NCBI GenBank assembly: GCA_023515725.1
Contig: JALDTO010000098.1
Coordinates: forward strand, 152,615 to 216,614
DNA: 64,000 nt
Origin: Amoeboaphelidium protococcarum X5
Lineage: Eukaryota > Fungi > Aphelidiomycota
Reading direction: 5' to 3'
Part shown: positions 54,109-64,000 of the stretch, in pieces
Layout of the letters: every line of letters begins with the position of its first letter
Position numbering within the stretch: position 1 is the first letter of the stretch
Notes under the pieces: generated by a model
What the model was told of the DNA's origin: nothing
Database searches by the model: none
Seen by the model: only the letters and a program-made list of their open reading frames with translations
Made by a program: the position numbers and the translations under genes

Positions 54109-55037
54109 GATTCAGACGCTGACAAAATGTCTCTTAGTAGCTAGATTTAGTTGTAGTTTTATAAGTGATAACACTCCGAAATATTATCAATAAAATAGAT
54201 ATAATTTTATAAGTTCTGTACTCTTTTACTAGTTCGTTTGAAAACAGTTGATAATTGTCGCATAGTATTAAAAGCCCTGAATCTTGAACCTTTTATTGTA
54301 TATTGCATATTATCTAATTGATTTATAAGTTTTGAAAAGTCATATATATGAATTAATATCACCTCAAGATCTTGAGTAGAAACACTTATGGCTGTTGGTT
54401 GATTATCTTCGTAATTTCTTACAAGCTTACGCGTTGGTAAAATAGTTCGCTCGCCTAGTGCCAGAAAAAGATTTCAAGGAATTAGATGTGATGAATTTGC
54501 AACACCCCTAGTTTAAAAGTACGTGGACCTAGTGAATGTCAATATTCAATGTCAAATATAAGCTTGCGTTTACTTTTCGACGCCTCAACGCATTTGCCGT
54601 GTTAACTCAAATACTCCAACGACATGTGCCTGAACAGTCCGATATCAAGTTGGGGATACTCCAAACATCCACAATGATCTTAATCTATCAAAGCTCTATA
54701 TATAGATGAGTCTAAAGCCGAAGCAATGGGCGAAGCGACACGCCCCGTGGTAGCGTTTAATCGTATTAAAACAAATCGAGATTTAAACAAGTTACCACTT
54801 CTTTTAATAGTCCCGAAAATTCAATAATATCACGGTTAAAAAATAGTAAGATATAAACAGAGCCTGCCATGAGAAGGCGTGCACAATTCAACTGATTCGT
54901 CTTCACTAGTGGTTGACTCCTGACTCGCGAAATACCAGAATTTCAAAAGAATGTGGAATTTTTATATATAAAGTTTATTCTTTTCCTCATGTATCTAATT
55001 GCTCTGATAGAAAGTACTAAAATCCTGGCAAGAAGTG

Positions 55038-56993
55038 ATGGTACTGGCGCCTATAAATTTATTGTATGGCTTGATAATCTCCGCTCATTGGCTTTGTAGA
55101 TTAATGCAAATGCTTATCCCTTGTTAGAGCTGCTTCCGCTTAGAGTGAAACATCCATCGTATGATGTATCTAATCATAAGCTCCCTATTGACCAATTGTA
55201 GAATGTCTATTGCTATCCGCTGTATGAACATATCGAATTGGTTCAAGTATCGCCTGATACTGATGCATTTCAATTGGATTTGAGTTCTTTAATGGTATAG
55301 CTGACGTTTGACAGTCGAATCAGCAATGGAGATCCTGCATTTCTACAGCAATGCCTTAAGCCTCTGTATGACGCGTTTGATATTATTGATCTTCAAGATG
55401 CTGCACAGGTTTATAATCCTCTGCCTATCATCTCCATTATATACCTGTCATCAGAGATCATGTCCGGATAAGATCATGACTTCCAGCAGAAGTTTTTCTC
55501 AAAGATTTTCGAGGTTGCCACTCCCTTGTCACTTTAGCGTGATCAAGTACTGTTTGCTCAAGGTAGACCATTACTGGCTACTTAATGCTTAATGCCTGTA
55601 TTGCCGACTAAGGAGCTTCTTGTTGGTCTCACTAATTGGGTGTTGTCAATTACTGATTATAAATTTGGGTTTTAAATTATAAGTTTGATCACACAAAGGC
55701 TAGACTAAGACGCGCATGCTGACTATATGGCGCTTATTACATCTAAATCTTTGACTCAAGACAAGAAAGAGCTTTCCTCAATGATTTTTCGTGTACATTA
55801 TTACCAGGATGTTGACAAGATTTAGACATTTTATGGAATGAGTGTTAAACTTATATAATTATATGACACCAAGGGTTCGTTAGAGGGGGTCCTTTAGACA
55901 CTGATTCTCGTCAAATATTAATCGGCTGGCTGGAATTTAGAAAGAGATTAAAGATTTTGATATCCTTGGTGAATCGACTTTTGAATAATCTCTAGTGCGC
56001 TGCAAATTTGTCAGTTCTGCTTTGTTTAGGATGTGTTAGAAGGAGTCTCCATCGACACCCGATTTTGATATAATGGTGATTGCATTTAGGAGTATGAATG
56101 ATGTTGAACTGTAGCGCTATTTCCGTCCCCCTAATAATGGATTACGTATATTTTTTTAATTGGAGCCTAGCTAATAATTGATCTTAGCTCAATTTGGGCT
56201 TTTCACTTAATAAGAATTGTCATCTCCTAAAGAGCTGCACTTACTTAATTTCGAAACTAGATTCGCGTTGATTTATCGACTTATATCGTTGGATCAGCTA
56301 AAGGATCATGACTTGACCAGCATTAACTCCGGCTCAAGTGCTCAGGCCGGCTAGGCTGTTGCATTTATTTGAGAGAAATTTTTGAAGTCATTGGCGTCTG
56401 GTGTATTCGACCAGAGTATTATGTCGTCGTTTCGCTGGTATTATCTCCAAGTAAATGGTCAGCTTGATATGGCACTATTGAATAAAGATTGGAGTTATTG
56501 CCGGAAGATGAAAATTTTGCTTAGTCAGGACGCGAAAGCTTATTGTATCTTACTAGGCAGATTGTAGAATCTGATTTTTTAAAATCAAGATTAAGTTAAT
56601 TCAGTTGGAAAGAATGAGTTAGTTGTAATTCAAGCACCACATATTCAACCTGAAATGATCGGTGATATAAGCATAATGGATGGCATACCTTATAAAAGCC
56701 GTGTAGTGACCACAGGAGATACTGCTTCAGCACCTCAAGATTATTCCAACCTTAAGTCGATGTAGAGCGTTCCTCTCTATAGTGGGCAACAGCATGAATA
56801 TAACCTTATAAGTGATGCTGAGATTTCATATGATTCTGGATTTCCGGTATTGACTACTGGAGCACAGTTTGTTCCACAGTATGCTATGCCAGTGCCTCAT
56901 TCACAAGTAGTGTAGACTGCTGATGAACCCAAAAAGCGAGCACGTCCTTACAAGAAACGTTAAATACGTATTGGCAGTTCTGATTTTATCTGA
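55038..56993 (+). pseudogene. Subfamily C copy 2, disrupted
   Basis: Colinear with C1, but with a 1-nt frameshift in the signal peptide (about 55095), a second frameshift at about 55915 and an in-frame TGA at 56370. Confidence 0.82.
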
Positions 56994-57411
56994 ATACCAG
57001 CTCGGTGATATTAATTGAATACTCAAATATTAACATCAACTAGAAATATTATAGATATATATACAATCTTCAAGAGTCTTATTATACGAGTTCGTTGGAT
57101 GAAACAGATTGCTGCGTACTACGGTACTTTGTGATGCTAATTTCGTGAAGTGGCATATGCAGCTACACGAAATTGATTCGCAATGGATAATACAATGAGT
57201 CGTTGTTACATAGCAAGCATTATTAATGGTAGCATAAACAAATATATGTCTGGAGTATCCAAGTGCTTCAACGTGAAAGCTACTCTGAAGCACGCATCGG
57301 TTCAAGGGGTATGATCTTGGATTATGTGAACCTGCCGACTTATATTGAATTGTATTTACCAGCTGTCGATAACTTTTTAAACGCGTCATTTTTATCTGAT
57401 ACTTGAGCGTG

Positions 57412-59147
57412 ATGTGGCTGGTTCCAGTATTCTTGGTATCTGTGCAAGCAGTAAGTTTCCAGGATGTTTTGTCCAGCCTTTACACTGCTCACAGTTATCA
57501 TGACAATGTTTATGGCTAAGACGCGTCTGGCTAGGATTTGATGTCCCGATGCTCTATCATCCTGAATGAAGACATCAACTTCAGTCCGATAAATTAAATT
57601 TAAAGCACAATATTGCCTAATTATTAACTAGACTTAACCAAGATCATTTAAGAGTAAAGCACAGACAAGTATAATGATGTTGAACCGCACATGCGTTTAG
57701 TTAATGAATGTCTTACTTTCCTCTTATCGCATGGCTATCCGTTTGAGATAAGTGGCTTAAAATGGATTGACCAAGATTGGTTGACTAATGCTCAACAAGA
57801 AGCCGCTGATTCTGCATATAAAGTAGTGGTTGACATTATAAAAGACGTGCTGTTACCAATTCTAGCGGATGGTAAGAGCAAAAGGACGCGAATTCGCCTT
57901 TAAAGTGCAGTAGGCTCTGCTTTCAAGATCTTACCTTCGCCTGTGATATTGCAGTATCTTACTCGTGCTGTGTCATAAATCAAGAATAAGAGCCAATAAT
58001 TTCCTGTTATAGGAGCAATGTTAAAATCGCATCAAGACTCCGCTCATGATATAATTGCCGATGTGGTCATCCATTCCATTCGCGATGGTTACTTTGAGCC
58101 AGCCCATGACATCGTCAAGAATTATATCCATGGAAACTCCCTCTTTGAATATCAAGTCATCTTTAGAGCTGTGGATAACTTGAAAAAGTCTCTACCATAA
58201 TTCGACGACTTCAGTGAGCTATGCTCTGAAATTACAGTCTTGGCTGAGATGTACCATTTTGATTTATAGCTAATTCTATGGATCTCCGTCAGAGTTTATC
58301 AGTCGTTTGATCAAAGAACAGGAGTTTCCTCCATTTGCAGTGCTGTTATATGATGAATAGCTCTAGAGTCGGGAGATGCGCCATGGATAGTATTCTGTTG
58401 ATTAGGTTCAACGTGTAGTTTCGGTAATGACTGAAGCTGACGTGTTTCAGTATTTTGATACTCTACCATATAATGTAATAATTTATTCCCAACTTTAGGA
58501 GACCTTAAAATCCGCACTGATAGCAAACTTTCATGGTTCCATTGGAGTTTATCAGCGCTATAGAGTTTTTTGCAATGACGTATCAGACGCGACTAAGCTT
58601 GGTTTTAGGTGTTAAGAAAGGTGAATCTCCTTTGAATAAGGCGTTTGATATTGTAATTGCATATCAGCACGCTTCTTTAGATGCTGATAACATACCTGCA
58701 ATTGATATCTACGCTGATAAACTTAATAATAGATATGGCGATTCAACTGGCGCGGTATAATTGGATCTTATATGGTAGGAACACGAATTCCTTGATTACT
58801 TATTCAATACTTTTGTAGCTGATGACTATCTTGAACTCTGGGCGTATCATATCCTGATCAAACGAATTGTGATTCTTTACGGTGGTAGTCGGTATCGTTA
58901 GATGCTTCTTTTGAACGAAAATGGCGCATCTTACTTGGTAGACTTTGTAAATGATGCGAATCGGTAGGTGGTAGCGCAGGCTGGCGTATAACTGGAGCCT
59001 GATGGTCTAACACAGTATGAAATGCCATAACAAGGCGCGTATAATTAGGATTAAAACTTTGGATCCTTATTTAATGAAGCTGATATGGTAGATGATGACT
59101 TTAATAGTCCTGAATTCGCGTAATTGCTAGAATAAATATATCAATGA
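57412..59147 (+). pseudogene. Subfamily B copy 2, frameshifted
   Basis: MWLVPVFLVSVQA|VSFQDVLS; colinear with B1; frame changes at about 58265 and about 58530. Confidence 0.8.
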
Positions 59148-59440
59148 GTTGGTCTTTTTACATGGTCGCTTCATTTCATATCGATGACTTTTGAAGTCTT
59201 AGATTGATATTCACCTTACAATTGAACCTTAAACGGTGGTTTCTTGTTTTTGGAGCAGTTGCAAATCATATGCTGGTATTTTTTACCGAAGCCCCGCACT
59301 ATCTGAAGATCTCAATCGATCAAGGGGCTCTGAACTTCCCAAGTATAAAATGACGAATTTCAGGCCTACTATACATCTACAATCACCTTTGCATCGTTTT
59401 CGCCTTCTCTCTAAATACGAAATAGGCACTGAATTTGTTG

Positions 59441-61249
59441 GTGTGGAGGCTGTTGTTACCTACAATACTGGCAGTGGTGGTGGTTTAAGCTTTGTTGTCT
59501 CATGAATTGTTGTCTAAACATTATCAAAATAGAAATTTAATTAGCATTGTCAGTGGCTTATACTCCCATAACATCGATCTGGCGCTCTAATGCTTCATCG
59601 TACTACAATAACGCGGCGTGAGTTTTCATCCAATTAGCTAGCATAACTAGAGGGGATCTGTTCAATATTTTGCAGATCTGTCCAAGGCGGTGTAATAGTA
59701 ATCCATGGTCGAGGTTGATAACGCGGGCTCTTAGGCTTTACTAATGCTTTGCCTCAAGCCGCTGTTCTCACACGAGTTTTTGTTTGAGATCAGCGCCATC
59801 AAATGGAGTGATCAAAACTTGGCTAGAATTGCTGATCTAAATACTGCTAGCGCTGCCTATTAGCTATTGGTCGGACTATTTAGAAATATTCTCTTGCCAC
59901 TTCAAGGCTAAATTTTGAGTAGACGGACGCGTAGCCATGCATAGAATTCTATAAACTCTTTGATGGAAACTATCCCGTTGGCTGTAATTTACAAGGATTT
60001 GATTCCAATCGTTGCTCAGATGGAGAATCGAGTAATCAACTTCTAATTCTTGGTACCATATTATTGTCACATTAGGATTAGGCACCCGAGATTATTGCTA
60101 GACTGGTCATTCAGACGATACGTAATGGAGAATTTGTTCAGGCAGAAGTACTAATTAAAAGCTATGTCAATGGAAAGCCGTCATTTGAACTTCAACTGGT
60201 GCAGACAGCCGTGTTATAGTTGAAAGAAAACTTACCATCGTTGTCAGATTTCTAAGTTATGTATGCTGAAATTGGCGTTCTGATCGTGATGGCTTTGTTT
60301 ATGAAACACAGTCACGTCCATGGATCACCATCTGCATTGGAAAGTCGCTATATTGGAGCGCAATAGCTTCCGCAGTATGAGCTTTAGCTGTATTCGGCTT
60401 AGCTCTTTAGTGAAGAGATGCGTAATGGTGTGTATACCTTTGAGTAGATTAAGAGAGTCGTTGCCACCATGAACTATGCTGAGATTATCACCTATTTCGC
60501 AACTCTATCTTACAACGGTGACATATATAGATCGTTTGATTAGAGCGAAAAACTCGCACTAATAGAGAATTTTATAATACCTTGGGATTGGATTTTGAAT
60601 GAAGAGTTCTTAAAATTGACGTATTAAACACGACTAAGATTGGCCTTGGGTTTAAATAAAGATGATCCGGATCTTTTAAGAGCTTTTGATATCTATCATT
60701 CTGGCACTGGAGACGGCGCCTTCTAAATATGAACGTATACCCGAGATTGATGTCTATGCTGATAAGCTATATGTCAAATATGCCAAATCCAGAGGTGCCG
60801 TAATGATGGGCGATGTTTGGTAGGAGCACATGTCACTAAAATCTCAAATAGAGCACAGTACTTCCGTCGACAATCTTCAGTATTAGGCGTACCGCATTTT
60901 AATTTAGCGTATTCTTTTTCTGTATGGAGGTTTTCAATATCATTAGATGGAAGAAGAAGAAGAAGAAGAAGTCGATGTTGGCGATCCTTATGAGTACTTG
61001 ACAAAGTTTGTGCTTGATACAGATATGAGCAACTAGCGTTTGCCTGGGCCGTAGCCGTAACGGCAACAAATAATCGGGCCTTTGCCATAGATGGGATCGC
61101 CTAGTAATAGCGTTGATTTAGAACTTCTCAATAGCGATCTCTTACATGGTCACAGTTTTGACTCGGACTTTGACAATATAGATTTTGCTTAGCTGTTGGA
61201 AATATACAAACGAGTTGCTCATTATGGCGCCTTATTTACTTACGACTGA
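59441..61249 (+). pseudogene. Subfamily B copy 3, disrupted
   Basis: The signal-peptide-like start has GTG where ATG is expected. Frameshifts occur at about 60040 and about 60695, and the paralogous stop appears mutated to CGA (61211). Confidence 0.8.
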
Positions 61250-61599
61250 TGACGCGTCTATGGCATTGAAAGTGCTAATTCATTTCATTGATGAAAAATG
61301 ACTGTTGGATGAAGCATAGGAACAAAAAAATGACATTAATAAAAGAACTAAAGTTAAATTTGAAAAGCATGTTGATTTTTAGAAATTAATCTTTCAACGT
61401 AAATGAGAAATTTAGGTTCTTGCGATTTGGAGCCCCTATTAAGTTGTGATTTCTGGAGTTGCGTCGATCATGATGATTGTTATAGAATTTGGGTTTGACT
61501 TTTTATCATGTAATGCTGCCCCTCAATTGGTCATCATTTTTTTCACCCGTTATATTTTGATAAATTGGATATTCTATTCTCATTTATTCTGGTACCATA

Positions 61600-63180
61600 A
61601 TGATGATATTTTGCTTTGGTGTCGCGTCGTTTCTATTGCCTGCTGTGATATGTGAGAGCTGGTCTCAGGTAATGCTAACGCGTTAAGGACTTAATGCTGC
61701 AGATAGCTACAATCTTCTGTACAGTGATGCTTATTAACGCCGATAATGCCAGCCATTCATGGAAGATATGGTTTCCTTTGAACCGGTGCGTAGTGATGAG
61801 ATTAATGACAACTAATATGCGACCAATGTTGGAGTACCAAGTTATAAATTAGACATATCTCAATTCGTAAAGTCTCTTGCTGCTGCCCTGGCAAGATAGA
61901 TTAATGTCGCTGACTATGTACTTTGTCTATTCCCTTTTTATAATGAGTAAATGTATATTCGACATCAAATTCGTATTGTATCCATCAAATATGTTAATCA
62001 AGCACATGATCTAAATTCACAAGACTAGACGAGTACTGGTCGTATTTTAACGATGATTTTGACTTAAATGGCTGTTGGGCAAGACATAATACAGTTGTAT
62101 CTTGGAAATCGGCTGCTTTATTCTCAAGATTTGGTAGACTAACTTCCGTCTTCATGGATTATTAACGAGCTCCCTGCTCTCTTGGTGAATAAAATTTAAG
62201 AGGTAAAATATGCCGTGGCTCTGCTTAGACATTTGAAATCCTCCCGATATAAAGTATATATCGCGACATTAGCGAGGACTCACTTCTAGGCCACCTATTA
62301 TTAAAAGGAGCATTTCGCGTATCAGCTGTTCATTGATCTAATACTACCCGCTATGCCGAGTACATTGTCCGATCTGATGACAATATACTGTAAATTCATA
62401 TCCATTGAAGACGATAAGCACAAAATATAAACTGTAATGGAGTTGACGTCTTCAGTGGCTTCGCTTTTCTGGTAATTCAAAGTATATGCTCCCTAATAAT
62501 AGCAGTGGTAGTAGTCGTAATAGCTAGCAATTATTAGCTCCCATATGTACAGTGATGATGTTCCCGAGTACGTCAGGCGTGGTTTCTAGTTGCTAGCGAG
62601 TGATTAAAAGCTCAGTATATACAATTACAAATTTCTAGGTGACTTATACTCGACAATGCCATCGGATAAGCTATTGGCTACATTTGATCCATTATTTGGT
62701 GGCGGCGCCGTGTTTGACGAACTGCCATTCGAGCGTTAAGTCCTTCTGGTTAAGACGATGAACATCCCTTATGAATGGATCAGCGATGAAGTCTTTACAC
62801 GTTTAAGTTGCTCTGAGCGCTTTGAATTGCTTGCTGACGTGTATACTGATTTCAGCCAGTACGGTGCAATGAGTGATATCACCGATAACTTTGACATTCG
62901 CTTAGATTTGGGTGACTATGACAACAGTCTAATCGAATTGCTTAGGAAAAGATTATCGGTCACAAATGGAGATGGGAATGAACACCGTCGTAACATGTCC
63001 AGGATCGGTCGTTAAATAAGATTATGCCTCTAAGAAGAAAAGAGGGAATCTAGTAATACACTCACATCCTATTACTGCCTACTGCTGAAGCGTATCTAGA
63101 GTTTGGAGACTGATTTGGAAAGTGTTCCTGAGATTCCCCAGAAGCGATTAAAACGGAAAGCAATGGACGATGAGATTTGA
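61600..63180 (+). CDS. Secreted effector-like protein, subfamily D copy 1 (526 aa)
   Basis: Signal peptide MMIFCFGVASFLLPAVIC; YKLDIS...CLFPFY; ends PQKRLKRKAMDDEI. Confidence 0.85.
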
Positions 63181-63961
63181 TGGAGCCAACAGAAACTACC
63201 AATCTGGTAGATTTTGATAGTTGTGAGTGCTAATCTCGCATCTTAATCATTCGAGACAGAATAATAGAAAATGATTAATTAGATTTTAGTTTGTGACGAT
63301 CCCATGAGGAGTGAGTAACGCGCACGGAACTGAGTTTGCTATAAAGTAAGTCGGTGTAAAAGCACTTCCTGTTTGAGCGACTTTGTTTCAGATCCTTAGC
63401 ATAGATTTAATAAAAAAGCCTTTTCCCATGGCACTCAAATTGCATTACATGGTGCATATTAATACGATTAGATTCCCATTCTGTTTTCAGATTTTAAACG
63501 GCTTATTTACGGTAGTTTAGCCACATATGGATTCGCCTTTTCACTCAGATCAATCCATGCTTCATACCGACTCAACTCGTTCCTCAGTGCGCTAAAAAAG
63601 TACGGAGATTATGAGTGATCAAAGCTGCAATACCTCAACTCGCTCCCAAGGTCCAATCAGAGTCAATTAATTATTTTTATTTACATCTTCTTGGTCTACT
63701 TGGAAGCATCAAAGCGGGTTCAAGTTAAATTGATCTGATATTCAATGGTAATTACTCTGAAGATTCTCGTGACTCGGAGCTCCAATCATTCGATCTGTGG
63801 GGTTGCGCTGATCGTGATTTTTAGAGTCTAGTCTAGCACTAGAGGCTTGCTATTGGCGCCCCTCAATTTGTCCCCGCTTTTGTGCCTGATTTAAGGCATA
63901 GCCTTATATAAGGTAAATCGTTAGATATATCAATTTTATTTTCATATATTCTGACACCGTA

Positions 63962-64000
63962 ATGATAATATTTTGGTTTGGTGTCGCGTCGTTTCTATTG
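63962..64000 (+). CDS. Subfamily D copy 2, 5' end only (runs off the window)
   Basis: MIIFWFGVASFLL is nearly identical to the D1 start at 61600. Confidence 0.75.
   Translation, partial: MIIFWFGVASFLL

Overview
This is eukaryotic, fungus-like nuclear DNA read with a non-standard code: TAA and TAG encode Gln and TGA is the only stop (translation table 6 type). The supplied standard-code ORF track therefore shows only fragments of much longer genes; all coordinates here come from re-reading by hand with TAA/TAG=Q. Fungus-like genes plus this code point to an aphelid such as Amoeboaphelidium protococcarum (inference). The window has three zones. (1) 1-31.7 kb is a compact housekeeping block: ATG7, SOUL, R-SNARE, Sld2-like, Tubby, a POMGNT2-like glycosyltransferase, a beta-propeller surface protein, a TPR-MBL fusion, CaiB CoA-transferase, PDS5, PCMT1, a PEP4 broken by an 8-bp duplication, SCS7 and TAO3. 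(2) 32.2-42.6 kb is a Crinkler-like NTPase-REase gene split by a 7.6-kb insert. The insert ends are the two halves of one Tc1 element in circularly permuted (inside-out) order, each sealed by a TA-CTG-TA footprint, and it carries a 176/177-bp satellite and an intact orphan gene. (3) After CSN3, 44.9-64 kb is a head-to-tail array of at least 9 secreted-protein paralogs in 4 subfamilies. They share a Cys-paired N-terminal module and two core motifs, and end in NLS-, AT-hook- or acidic activation-like tails. This array is a candidate undescribed family of host-nucleus effectors undergoing birth-and-death evolution.
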